64,000 nucleotides of DNA from the NCBI GenBank assembly GCA_963555825.3, contig CAUVXB020000002.1, forward strand, positions 3,264,001 to 3,328,000. Reading direction: 5' to 3'. The notes beneath the pieces were generated by a model. It saw only the letters and a list, made by a program, of their open reading frames with translations. It had not been told where the DNA came from and ran no database searches. The stretch comes from Alphaproteobacteria bacterium. Its GTDB lineage: Bacteria > Pseudomonadota > Alphaproteobacteria > JAAXGF01. The position numbers and the translations under genes were made by a program. Positions 20,877 to 30,302 of this stretch are shown in pieces (positions within the stretch are counted from its first letter, which is position 1; the number at the start of each line of letters is the position of its first letter).

Positions 20877-22518
20877 CCGACATTTCCCAGATAGCCTTCA
20901 AATCCATGGCAATCATACTCAAATTGCGCCACCGTTGTAATGGCTTTCCCTCCGCAGCCGTCCGATAGCCTGATTTTGGTGAGTTGGCCGTGCCCGGAAG
21001 GCCCTTTTCCCATATTTTCCGCCATCCAGGCGTACCTCCCCCGCACTTTTCACCTCGCCGTCGATTCCCTCGGCCTACGCCGGAACGGGTTTTCGTCGTA
21101 GATCATCAATCAGGCTCAGGATTTTCCGGAACAGTTCCCTCGGCACCGCCACCTCGGCTAATTGGAACGTGACGTACCGGCCATGGCTGACCACTTTCGC
21201 ACCGATCTTGACCAGCTTCTCCCGTAGCGTGGTCAGAGACCAGTGTTCCACCTCCTTCGGCAAGGCCAACGTCCGCATGAAGTTGGCAAGATTGTAGGCC
21301 AGGGCGTGAAGCTGGAGCCGGACGGCGTTGTCGTGGAACTTCCGGCATGACAGCCGGGTCCATTTGATCGCGCACTTGCCTTCCTTGATGTACTGCTCCG
21401 CTTTGCCCCGCTGATTGTAGAAGGCCACCACCCGCTCGGCTGGCCGCGACAGGTTGGTGACGATGTAGCCGACACGGGGAACCAGCTCGCCGGGGTGCCA
21501 TTCCACCTTGGCCACCACGCGCCGCTTCCTGTCCCAGCTTCCGGCCTGATAGCTGAAACTGGCGTAATAGCGCCGCACATGGTTCGGCGGTCGGCCAACA
21601 GGTCGCGTGAGCAGATGGCCGATGCTTTCCTGGAGAACCTTGTTGGCTTTGAGGCGGATCGCGTACAGGAAGCCCTCGGCTTCGAGGTAATCGTAAATCT
21701 CCGGCGAGGCGAAGGCGGCATCGCCCCGGAAATACAGTCGTACCTTCCGACCCTTATAGCGAACGACAACCGGCTTCAACACGCCTTCCCAGTCATCGGC
21801 ACTGTGGACGTTGCCGGGACGGAGGGAACTCCGTTCCAGATCGCCGAACTGGTTGAACAGGAATAGAGGGTGGTAGCAAGTGCATCCAAAGTGTCCGTTG
21901 TAGGCCGTTCCTTCCTGGTCGCCGTGGGTCGGGCTGACGCTGCTGTCCATGTCGAGAATGATCTTCGTCGGCGGGTGCCGGTCATGAACCTTGTCGATCC
22001 ATTGCCCGGAAAGATTGGCCAAGGCTTCAACGTTCGCGTTGGTGGCCAGAACCTCCGTCTCGAAGCGCCCCATCTGACTGGTCGAGGCTGCCTGTTTCGT
22101 GACAGCATGGCCGCCGACGATCCATCGCATGACCGGGTCGAGGCTGAGCCGGTCGGCATCGTTCACGTCGTCGTACCCCCCAAGGCGTCCGAAAACGGAC
22201 TGGCGGAACTGCCCGACAAGACCGTGGCGACCGTTCTTCCCACGACGGGTATCCGTGAGTACGTCCCCGGCAATCTCGCTCAGTCCGACCGCATCGTCCA
22301 GTTCCCGGTACGGCAACAACCCAGCGTCGGAAGTGACCTTGGAACCGTGGAAATCCAGCTTCAGCCGACGGTCAAAACCGAGCCTCAAAACCCCTGCTTC
22401 CCTTTCACCCATCGGGTGAGCCATATCAACACCCCAAATCTGCCTATAACGTAATGATTCTTATACCAGAATCCGGGTACGATGTCGTCAAATCACAGGG
22501 TCATCTGGGCAATGCGGG
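20877..22518 (-). mobile_element. IS1380-family element
   Basis: Ends CCGACATTTCCCAGAT / CCGCATTGCCCAGAT; flanked by TTAA and CTAG. Confidence 0.9.
21075..22424 (-). CDS. IS1380-family transposase
   Basis: TSDAGLL, LDMDSS, RGDAAF, RGKAEQYIKEGK. Confidence 0.95.
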   Translation of the reverse strand: MAHPMGEREAGVLRLGFDRRLKLDFHGSKVTSDAGLLPYRELDDAVGLSEIAGDVLTDTRRGKNGRHGLVGQFRQSVFGRLGGYDDVNDADRLSLDPVMRWIVGGHAVTKQAASTSQMGRFETEVLATNANVEALANLSGQWIDKVHDRHPPTKIILDMDSSVSPTHGDQEGTAYNGHFGCTCYHPLFLFNQFGDLERSSLRPGNVHSADDWEGVLKPVVVRYKGRKVRLYFRGDAAFASPEIYDYLEAEGFLYAIRLKANKVLQESIGHLLTRPVGRPPNHVRRYYASFSYQAGSWDRKRRVVAKVEWHPGELVPRVGYIVTNLSRPAERVVAFYNQRGKAEQYIKEGKCAIKWTRLSCRKFHDNAVRLQLHALAYNLANFMRTLALPKEVEHWSLTTLREKLVKIGAKVVSHGRYVTFQLAEVAVPRELFRKILSLIDDLRRKPVPA

Positions 22519-22742
22519 CTAGTGTCTACGTGCGAGCGTGTGGTCCTGGCCTGATGCGAGTCATTGTTGCGGCGGCTGGTTGCCGTGAGGCATTATCGCG
22601 CCATGGATGACGACGCGCGATTTGCCGAACTTCACGGGATCGTAGGCGATCTCCGCTGCATCGACGAACTACTGCGCGATGGCTTCCATATCGGAAGCGA
22701 TGGCAAGCGCCGTGACGGTTGGTCTATTGTGTGCCTATCCGC

Positions 22743-24149
22743 TGTCGATAACAAACTGAATTGACCGGTTTATGTACCATATGATTTGACCGCTTCTGTT
22801 GTGGATGTTGGCTCTGTGGGGAAGTGGTCAGGTCGGCGCAGCCGAGCTGTCCACTTATCCACAGAGCGCCGGCCGGTCGCGTCGAAGCGGATCACGCGGC
22901 CCGCCTTTTGCTGCTTTCGATCGGCGTGCCGTCTTTCTTGTAGCGGGCCAGGCAGCACGGGCCATGGAAGACGGCAAGGTCGCCGTCGGGATATTCGTGC
23001 ACACTCACTTTGGCCTTGACGTAGTGGTGGCGATGGCGGCCTGCCGGGATCTGCAGGCTCAAGTTCTTGTAGCGCACCGTGTTGTCATTGCCGACCACAC
23101 GGTCCTCCTGCACACAGAGGATGTCCGCCAGGTTGCCGGCGAACGGCACGAAGGCGGAGCCTGTGTCCTCGGCCGGCCGGGCGAAGCGGGCATTGTGGGC
23201 CGGCAGGAAGTCCTCTTTCAGGAACCGGTTGGCGGCTGCCATATCGGTGATGCCGGCGAGCTCGAGTTCCTGCGGCAGGCGTTTCTGCAGGGTGCCGAAC
23301 ATGCGCTCCGAGCGGCCCCGGGCCTCCGGCGAATAGGCCGGGATCAGCTCAATACCGAGTTGCTGCAGGGCACGTCCGACCTGGGTTGGATTGTCCTTGT
23401 CGACCTTGCCGCCGGCCTCCGGCGTGTGCCAATAGTGCGAGGCCCGGTCTGCATAAAGCGAGCAGAACAGCCCCATGGCCGACCCCACCTCCAGCAGCGC
23501 CACAAAGCTCGACATGGTGCCCTCCTCGGCGACGAAGAAGGCGGAATAGATCTCCGAAGTGGCATCGTCCATGGTCACGATCAGGTCCCAGTACTGACCC
23601 GGCACCCATTGGTGCGCGGAGCCGTCCTGGTGCAACATCATGCCGACCATCGGCCGGCGCGGCCGCTTGCGGCGGTGCACGCCGCGCCGCGGCGCCGGCG
23701 CGATCCGGCCGTGCGCCTGGAGCGTCAGCCGCACCCAGTTGTAACTGCGCGTGACGTCGTGCTTTGCAACCAGCTTCTCCCAGAAGTGCCAGGCGGTGAA
23801 ATGCCGGTACCTGGTATCGAACAGATCCAACAGTGCCACCACCTCGTCGACCCCGGCGCGGCGCGCGGAAACCCGACCCAGGCGGCGGTCGTAAAGACCC
23901 TCCGCGCCCTCGGCCTCAAAGCGATCGCGCCAGCGTCGGAACGTGCGCTCGGACATGCCCAGGATCTCGGCTGCCTCCAGCTGGCTCAACTCACCCCTGT
24001 AGGTGCGTCCGTAAACCTCATCGAACTTCATCAATCTCAACCCCTGTAACTGCTCTGTCCGGCGCATCAGCTCCGCCACTTTCTGGAGGAGTTCTAATGC
24101 CAGACAGATCATTTGTTACATTGACCGGCCATATCACGTGTTATCGACA
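22743..24149 (-). mobile_element. IS481/IS1202-like (ISNCY) element
   Basis: Perfect terminal TGTCGATAACA IR followed by repeated subterminal motifs; no TSD. Confidence 0.85.
22892..24067 (-). CDS. ISNCY/IS481-type transposase
   Basis: HTH EAAEILGMSERTFRRW; HQDGS, LYADRAS, SPEARGRSERMF. Confidence 0.9.
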   Translation of the reverse strand: MRRTEQLQGLRLMKFDEVYGRTYRGELSQLEAAEILGMSERTFRRWRDRFEAEGAEGLYDRRLGRVSARRAGVDEVVALLDLFDTRYRHFTAWHFWEKLVAKHDVTRSYNWVRLTLQAHGRIAPAPRRGVHRRKRPRRPMVGMMLHQDGSAHQWVPGQYWDLIVTMDDATSEIYSAFFVAEEGTMSSFVALLEVGSAMGLFCSLYADRASHYWHTPEAGGKVDKDNPTQVGRALQQLGIELIPAYSPEARGRSERMFGTLQKRLPQELELAGITDMAAANRFLKEDFLPAHNARFARPAEDTGSAFVPFAGNLADILCVQEDRVVGNDNTVRYKNLSLQIPAGRHRHHYVKAKVSVHEYPDGDLAVFHGPCCLARYKKDGTPIESSKRRAA

Positions 24150-24260
24150 GTTGCGGCCTCGCCGTTTTTGCCGAATCCCTTGCTCATTCCGGTGCCGCCC
24201 TTCGTGGCCATGCGGATGCGCGCGCAGCCGTGCATTTGCAGCGGGGCTTGCCAAGAGCCT

Positions 24261-24746
24261 TCATTCGGCCGATGGCGCGTCCGTCGCGAGCCACCGCGCG
24301 AGCGCCTTGCCGGGGTCGGCGATCTCCTCGACCGAGCCGTACCACCAGGCCTCCCAACCCGCCTCCGGCAGGCCGGTGAACACCATCAGGTTCAGCGGAT
24401 AGGCTTCACTGTCGGTGCAGCGGCGAAAATCGTCACGGAACAGGAATACGGGCTTTCCCCAGGCGATCGCCATGCCAAGCTCCACCATCACCCCCTCGTC
24501 CGGAGGACAGCCGTTGACCACCGCAAACAGCCCGTCCGCCTCGCGCACGTCGCGAAGGTCGGCCTGCCCGATCCGCCAGGCCCAGCCGGTGCCCGCCCGG
24601 TCGATCTGGTTGTTGCGGGCGAACGGTTCCCAGATCTCCGCGCCCATCGCCTCCAGGGCAGCCACCAGCGCCGTCAGCGGGCCGCCGCGCTGCTGCGCGG
24701 AAAATCCGTAGGGGTTGGCCAGATACAGGGTCTTGCGCGATGTCAT
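24261..24746 (-). CDS. Nucleoside 2-deoxyribosyltransferase-family protein
   Basis: LYLANPYGF, DLRDVREAD, DEGVMVELGMAIAWGKPV and NLM motifs. Confidence 0.85.
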   Translation of the reverse strand: MTSRKTLYLANPYGFSAQQRGGPLTALVAALEAMGAEIWEPFARNNQIDRAGTGWAWRIGQADLRDVREADGLFAVVNGCPPDEGVMVELGMAIAWGKPVFLFRDDFRRCTDSEAYPLNLMVFTGLPEAGWEAWWYGSVEEIADPGKALARWLATDAPSAE

Positions 24747-25006
24747 GCCGCGCAGCGTAGCACCGCGCCGTGGCGCTGTCCGCCTCTCTGCCCGTGCCGC
24801 TTGCGGACCTCATCGTACCGATCGAAGTGCGCGGACCAGCCCGTGAAGGGATCGAAGCGATCGAGCGAACGCATTTCCGAATCGCTCAGCGACAACGCGA
24901 GCATTCCGGATATCGACGGTGTCGCGGGGGTTGAGCTGCTCATGTCGCGCCTTCTCCTCGCGGGCGTTCGAGCAGCTCATCCACCTGGCGGGCTGCCGGA
25001 CGCGCC

Positions 25007-25344
25007 TGTCCCTCCCAAAAACTCAAACCGGTGGCTGACAACGGGGAACTTGTGTCCTCGCGTGGAAGGGGACGAGCAGATTCGATGTCAGGATAAAAGG
25101 GTCCTGCGCCGACAGGTGCCATGCGCCAGTCGATCCTACATCTCCGCGCTTGCCGGCCACAGGGACGGAACCCGCCAGCGGAGCGATGTGATTGTTGTCC
25201 GCAGTGGTGAGATCGGCGTTCAGGCGGCGAGTCGCTCGTAACGATGGTGGAGTCCGCCAACCTGTGGGAGGGCGATGATCTTGCCTGCTTTGGCGCTCTC
25301 GACCGGCCGGGGGACAGGGCAGAGACAAGTGAGTGCGAGAGCGG
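25007..25344 (-). mobile_element. 3' remnant of an element related to 2950-4287
   Basis: GKIIALPQVGGLHHRYERLAA C-terminus; right end TGTCCCTCCCA at 25007. Confidence 0.75.
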
Positions 25345-25783
25345 TGTCAATTGCGACTGAAAATTTCCCATTTTTGTCGATCGCTATGTCGTTTACGTGG
25401 CATCCTGACCTTGACCTGCTTCCCGGGATATGGACCACGGATAGTGAGAAAACTCTCGGTTGCGCCATGCCCTGGAGGTGTCCAAAGCCGGTAAGGAGAA
25501 GTTGAAGGCCCGGCTCGCCAAGCTTCGGGCGGCCGGGGCGATGCTGTCGAAGCTGCCGTCCGACGAGGCTGCCCAACTGCGCGCGGCGTTGAGGCGATCG
25601 CGGCGCCAGAAGACGACGATCGAGGCGCTGCGCAAGGAGACCCGGAAAGGTTCGGGGAGCGAGCCGTGAAGAGGTCGAATTTCAGCGAACAGCAGATTGC
25701 GTTCATACTGCGCCAGGCGGAGGAAGGAACGAGCGTCGAGGAGGTTTGCCGCAAGGCGGGGATTTCTCAGCAGACCTATTACT
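25345..25783 (+). pseudogene. Stack of IS fragments: IS21-like end (TGTCAA), a short transposase-like piece and an IS3 orfA fragment (25666-25783)
   Basis: MKRSNFSEQQIAFILRQAEEGTSVEEVCRKAGISQQTYY* is a typical IS3-family OrfA start. Confidence 0.6.
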
Positions 25784-25812
25784 GAACGAACACTTACCTG
25801 GGGGCCTGGGGG

Positions 25813-25947
25813 GTAAGTGTTCGGCGAAGCCGTGATGGTTCGGGCGGGCGGAGGCGGAGAACGGCCGCGTTGACCGGAAACCCGCCGGCTGCGGCCCCCG
25901 ACCTCGCGCGCCAGCCGGACAATTCCACGGCTTCGCCGAACACTTAC
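25813..25947. mobile_element. 135-bp MITE with IS66-type ends
   Basis: 22-bp perfect IR GTAAGTGTTCGGCGAAGCCGTG; 8-bp TSD CCTGGGGG. Confidence 0.85.
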
Positions 25948-26118
25948 CCTGGGGGAGGAGCTCGGCGACGACCCCTCCTACCCGGCCCCCATTACGACGA
26001 CAGACATGCGCTGTGATTGCATTCCTCGTGATTCCCAATAGATTCCCAACATGCTATGCTTGCTAGGTTGCCGGAATCAAAAACCCCCGGAAAAATTATT
26101 GTTTACAGGGGTTTATGT

Positions 26119-26163
26119 TGGTTGCGGGGGTTGGATTTGAACCAACGACCTTCAGGTTATGAG
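26119..26163 (-). tRNA. 3' half only of tRNA-Met(CAT); att-site duplication, not a complete tRNA
   Basis: CTCATAACCTGAAGGTCGTTGGTTCAAATCCAACCCCCGCAACCA; no D-arm or 5' acceptor strand upstream. Confidence 0.85.
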
Positions 26164-26352
26164 TCTCGTTACATATGGCAGACAGGGGTGCGCACACGTG
26201 CGCAGGAGTATGATAAATCGCAGTATTACACGGCATTCGGAGATTCTCTCTACGACAGACGTACACAGGGATGCGCTCTGGTTTACCTGAAAGTGTTTGC
26301 CAATAGTTAGCCATGGTGATACAGGTTCCCTCTCCCGTCAAGGAGCAATGCC

Positions 26353-27540
26353 GTGGCAAACCGCATCCCCCGTATCTCCAAGCGCTCGGTCGATGCCGTC
26401 AAGGCCGGTGGGACGGATGCCGTCTATTGGGATGGAGAACTCACCGGATTCGGCCTGCGTGTTCGGCGCTCGGGACGCAAGAGCTACGTCGTCCAGACCC
26501 GCATCGCCGGGAAACTATGCTGGTTCACCATCGGCCCTCACGGACCGCTGAACCCGGATCAGGCGCGCGCCCGCGCGCTGGAGATATTGGCTTGTGCGAA
26601 GAAAGGCATCGATCCACGCGACGCAGACGCCCGACGCGAGGCTGAGCCAAGCATGGCTGATCTCGGGCGCAGGTTCCTGGAGGAATATGTCCCGGTCCAC
26701 TGCAAACCGAGCACCCGGGAAGAGTACAGCCGTTCGGTGAGGCTGTTTGTCGACCCCGTGATCGGGGAGTTGCGGGTTCCAGAGGTGCAGCGCAAGGACA
26801 TTGCCGCACTGCATCACGGCCTGCGGGACAAGCCCTATCAGGCCAACCGGACGCTCGGGGTGCTGTCCAAGATGTTCTCCCTCGCCGAAGTCTGGGGCTG
26901 GCGCCCCGACGGCTCCAATCCCTGCCGGCATGTCAAGCGCTACAAGGAGCACAAGCGGGAGCGGTTCCTGTCGCCGGAAGAGACCGAGCGGTTGGGCCAG
27001 GTCCTGCGCGATGTCGAGGAAGAGATGCCCTCGGCAGTAGCCGCCTTCCGCCTGCTTCTGCTGACGGGCTGCCGGATGTCGGAAATCCGGGATCTCCGCT
27101 GGGAGTACGTTAAGGACGACTGTATCGAGCTTCCCGATGCCAAGACCGGCGGACGGGTGGTGCCACTGGGTCCCGAAGCCCGCGCGGTGTTGTCATCCAT
27201 TCCCCGTGACGAGGACAATCCCTGGGTCATCGCGGGCCGCCTCCCCGGCTCTCACCTCACCGATCTGCAACGCCCATGGCGGCGCATCCGCAAGCAGGCG
27301 GGCCTTGAGGGCGTGCGGATCCACGATTTGCGCCACAGCTTTGCCTCGCGCGCGCTGGCTCTCGGCGAAAGCCTGACTATGATTGGGAAACTGCTCGGGC
27401 ACACCCAGGTGCAAACGACTGCCCGCTATGCCCACCTCGCCAGGGACTCCATCCAGACCGCCGCCGCCCGCATCACCGGAAGCATCGGCGGAAATCTCTT
27501 GGGTGATCACGAAAAGAATCGTGCTCTCACCCAGGGATGA
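26353..27540 (+). CDS. Tyrosine recombinase/integrase with N-terminal arm-binding domain (DUF4102-type)
   Basis: WDGELTGFGLRV; TGCR, KTG, HDLRH and LLGH...TARYAH catalytic set. Confidence 0.95.
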   Translation: MANRIPRISKRSVDAVKAGGTDAVYWDGELTGFGLRVRRSGRKSYVVQTRIAGKLCWFTIGPHGPLNPDQARARALEILACAKKGIDPRDADARREAEPSMADLGRRFLEEYVPVHCKPSTREEYSRSVRLFVDPVIGELRVPEVQRKDIAALHHGLRDKPYQANRTLGVLSKMFSLAEVWGWRPDGSNPCRHVKRYKEHKRERFLSPEETERLGQVLRDVEEEMPSAVAAFRLLLLTGCRMSEIRDLRWEYVKDDCIELPDAKTGGRVVPLGPEARAVLSSIPRDEDNPWVIAGRLPGSHLTDLQRPWRRIRKQAGLEGVRIHDLRHSFASRALALGESLTMIGKLLGHTQVQTTARYAHLARDSIQTAAARITGSIGGNLLGDHEKNRALTQG

Positions 27541-27560
27541 GGCACTCGGTGTTTGCTCCT

Positions 27561-27866
27561 TTACTTGCCGAGCGCCCGCACGACAGCTTCCGGATCACTG
27601 TCGATGACAGTCAGTAAGACACGGGCGGCACGATCCGGAACGCGGCGGCCTTGTTCCCAATCCTGCAAGGCGCGCGCATCGAGACCAAAACGATCCGCGA
27701 ACTTCTGACGGCTCAGCCCCAAGCGTTTGCGAAGCGCGAGGATCCGCTCGGCGGCAGGGTCGTCGACGAACCGGCACGGCAGATCAACCTCGCCGCGCAC
27801 ATGGGCAAGAACCTCGCTCAGTGCCGCCTCGACCTCGCGACCGACCTGAGTTCGTTCCATATTCAT
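27561..27866 (-). CDS. higA: HigA-like XRE/HTH antitoxin
   Basis: LRKRLGLSRQKFA...LQDWEQGRRVP; lies downstream of the toxin. Confidence 0.85.
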   Translation of the reverse strand: MNMERTQVGREVEAALSEVLAHVRGEVDLPCRFVDDPAAERILALRKRLGLSRQKFADRFGLDARALQDWEQGRRVPDRAARVLLTVIDSDPEAVVRALGK

Positions 27867-28195
27867 TCCGTCCCCCTTTTCTTGATTGCGGTCACCAGCC
27901 GTGACAGCACTTTCTTGTCCGCCGAGGTCAGATCGTCGCGATCTGCCTTAGCGTAAGCCGTCAGCAAATAGATAGCTTCCGGGCCGGAATGGTAGAAGTA
28001 GATTGTCCGTATGCCGCCCCGCTTGCCCCGGCCGGAACCCGCCCATCGCAATTTGCGAATGCCTCCCGTTCCCCGAATGACCGGCGCTTCGTCAGGGTCG
28101 GCGGCGATCGCCGCCTCCATTTCCTTCCGGGCTTCCTCCGAGATCAACTTGCGAATGGCCCGTTCATAAGTGCGGGTAACGAAGAGCTGCATCAA
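27863..28195 (-). CDS. higB: RelE/HigB-2-like toxin
   Basis: IRGTGGIRKLRW...GKRGGIRTIY...YLLTAYAK..DL. Confidence 0.88.
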   Translation of the reverse strand: MMQLFVTRTYERAIRKLISEEARKEMEAAIAADPDEAPVIRGTGGIRKLRWAGSGRGKRGGIRTIYFYHSGPEAIYLLTAYAKADRDDLTSADKKVLSRLVTAIKKRGTE

Positions 28196-28199
28196 CGCC

Positions 28200-28229
28200 C
28201 AATATGCGGCAATGCCGCATATAATTCAA
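28200..28229 (-). promoter_or_regulatory. higBA promoter with overlapping palindromic operator
   Basis: TTGAAT-17 bp-CATATT just upstream of the start (likely leaderless); perfect palindrome ATATGCGGCA-A-TGCCGCATAT at 28202-28222. Confidence 0.75.
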
Positions 28230-28344
28230 GCGCCCATTTCGTCGATGCGGTCTACCGGACGTCGGCATAGGCCCGGAGGCACATGAACATCGCTCAGGCC
28301 GCATAAATGAAGAATGCCTGTCTGGGTTTTGGGCGCAACGTCAC

Positions 28345-28436
28345 TTAAGGCGGCGCCGCCCGGCGACATGTAGCCCTCGCCCCAGACGATCTGCTGGCCG
28401 GTGAAGTCGGCCTCGGTGTAATCGCCGTCGCCCATG
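28345..28436 (-). pseudogene. 5' fragment of SAM-dependent methyltransferase
   Basis: QIVWGEGYMSPGG motif, then an abrupt switch to island DNA. Confidence 0.55.
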
Positions 28437-28539
28437 ACCACCACTATAGCGCCGGCACGCGCGCGTGCATTTTTGTGTTGACGCGGGGCCGGCTCTCGAT
28501 GACGGTGGCGCGAGAGACGCCGGACAAGCGGGGTGCGCC

Positions 28540-29391
28540 ATGGGCAAGCATCTGTCGGACGCGGAGCTGCGCCGCTATCACGACGACGGTTTCGTCTTTC
28601 CGATCGACATCCTGAACCCGCGGGAGGCGCTCGACTGCCGCCGCCGGCTCGAGGCGTTCGAGGCCGAGCACGGCAAGATGAAATACGCCATGAAGCCGTA
28701 TCTGACGATGCTGCTCGCCGACGAGTTGGCGCATCACCCGGCGCTGCTCGACGCGGCCGAGGACGTCATCGGGCCGAACCTTCTGTTGTGGGACGGCGCC
28801 TTCATCATCAAAGAGCCCCATGACGACCGCTTCATCAGCTGGCACCAGGACCTGACCTATTGGGGCGTCGAGCCGGCCGAGGGTGTCGTCTCGGTGTGGC
28901 TGGCGCTCTCGCCAGTCGGGCCCGAGAACGGTGGCATGCGCGTCATTCCGGGCAGCCACGCGCAGGACATTCTGCCGCACGCGGACACCTTCGAGGCCGA
29001 CAACTTGTTGAGCCGGGGTCAGACCATCGCCGCCGAGATCGACGAGGACAGCGCGGTCGATATGCGGCTCGCGCCGGGTCAGATGTCGCTGCATCACGGC
29101 CGCGTCGTGCACGGCTCGAACCCGAGCCATTCCGACGAGCGGCGCATCGGCCTCAACTTCCAGTTCATCGCGCCCGAGGTGCGCCAGACCGCGATCGACA
29201 ACGACATGGCGTTGCTGGTGCGCGGCGCCGACACTTGCGGCCATTTCGAGCCCGAGGCGCGGCCGGCCGCCGATCTCGATCCGGCGGCGCTGGCGCTGGT
29301 CGCCGAGATCGCGCGGCGCCGCCACAAGCTACTGTTCCGCGGCGCCGAGGCCGACGAGGCCGAACTTAACCGCCGCTACGGCGCCGCCTGA
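28540..29391 (+). CDS. Phytanoyl-CoA dioxygenase (PhyH) family Fe(II)/2OG oxygenase
   Basis: WHQDLTYWG, VWLALS...ENGGMRVIPGSH, HGSNP.....RRIG. Confidence 0.9.
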   Translation: MGKHLSDAELRRYHDDGFVFPIDILNPREALDCRRRLEAFEAEHGKMKYAMKPYLTMLLADELAHHPALLDAAEDVIGPNLLLWDGAFIIKEPHDDRFISWHQDLTYWGVEPAEGVVSVWLALSPVGPENGGMRVIPGSHAQDILPHADTFEADNLLSRGQTIAAEIDEDSAVDMRLAPGQMSLHHGRVVHGSNPSHSDERRIGLNFQFIAPEVRQTAIDNDMALLVRGADTCGHFEPEARPAADLDPAALALVAEIARRRHKLLFRGAEADEAELNRRYGAA

Positions 29392-29636
29392 GCCGGCACC
29401 TCGCCAGGCGCAGGTGCCCCGCGCAATCAAGGAGGCGTATGCACCAATTAAGGAGACCAATTAAGGGGACGTGATACTTAATTATTGGTAACTACCCAGG
29501 TACCCCGCTCCTGACCGCGAGAGGATGATGTAGGTGGTCGCCGGGGCCGGGTTTCCGCCGCCGCGTCGTTGATCGTCTCTTGACTCCATAGAATCGGGCG
29601 TCTATGGGTTGCGCTCTCGTGTGACGGGAGCGGCGC

Positions 29637-30302
29637 GTGGAATATTTTGGGTCGAAGGCGACGAGCGGTCTGTGCCAGGCGCTGATTGCGCTGATGCCGC
29701 CGCACAGCGTTTACATCGAGAGCCACCTGGGGGGCGGTGCGCTGATGAAGCGCAAGCCAACGGGCGTGCGCTCGATCGGCATCGACCGCGATGCGCAGGC
29801 GCTCGAGGCCTTTGCCTGTGACTACCCGGTCGAGTTGGTGCATGGCTGTGCCCATGCCTTTTTGGCCTCGTTCCCGTTTCTGGGCCCGGAGCTGGTCTAC
29901 AGCGATCCCCCCTATCTGCACGCGACCCGCCGTTCGGCACGGCGCTATCGCTTCGACTACGAGGAGGTCGACCATGTCGCGCTCCTGGACCTGCTCAAGG
30001 ATCTGCCCTGCCAGGTGATGGTCTCGGGCCATCCCTCGGCGCTCTATGACGAGATGCTGGCGGGCTGGCGCAGTCTGGCGCTGCAGGTGACGACCCAGGC
30101 CCAGGTGCGGACCGAGGTCGTGTGGTTCAACTTCGCGCCCGACCGGGTGCATTGGGCGAGCTACGCAGGCCGGAACTTCACCGACCGCCAGCGCATCAAG
30201 CGTAAGGCGGCCAACTGGGGCCGGCGTTACAAGGCCTTGCCGGCGGGCGAACGCCTCGCGGTGCTGGCCGCCATGATGGCCGTCGATGCCGAGGACCCGT
30301 GA
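29637..30302 (+). CDS. Small Dam-like (D12 class) N6-adenine DNA methyltransferase
   Basis: YFGSK, YIESHLGGG (SAM-binding), GIDRD, LVYSDPPY (catalytic), MVSGH, RTEVVWFNF. Confidence 0.85.
   Translation: MEYFGSKATSGLCQALIALMPPHSVYIESHLGGGALMKRKPTGVRSIGIDRDAQALEAFACDYPVELVHGCAHAFLASFPFLGPELVYSDPPYLHATRRSARRYRFDYEEVDHVALLDLLKDLPCQVMVSGHPSALYDEMLAGWRSLALQVTTQAQVRTEVVWFNFAPDRVHWASYAGRNFTDRQRIKRKAANWGRRYKALPAGERLAVLAAMMAVDAEDP

Noticed and set aside
19694-24746. TIR plus NDT as a single defence operon
   Set aside because: Opposite strands, separated by two ISs lacking TSDs, so the adjacency is probably secondary
26119-26163. Functional tRNA-Met gene
   Set aside because: Only the anticodon loop through CCA is present; the upstream sequence cannot form the D-arm or acceptor stem
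28540-29391. PhyH protein as PhnY (phosphonate hydroxylase) or as a halogenase
   Set aside because: No adjacent phnZ and no PhnY-type motif recognised; the HQD iron ligand is retained, unlike halogenases
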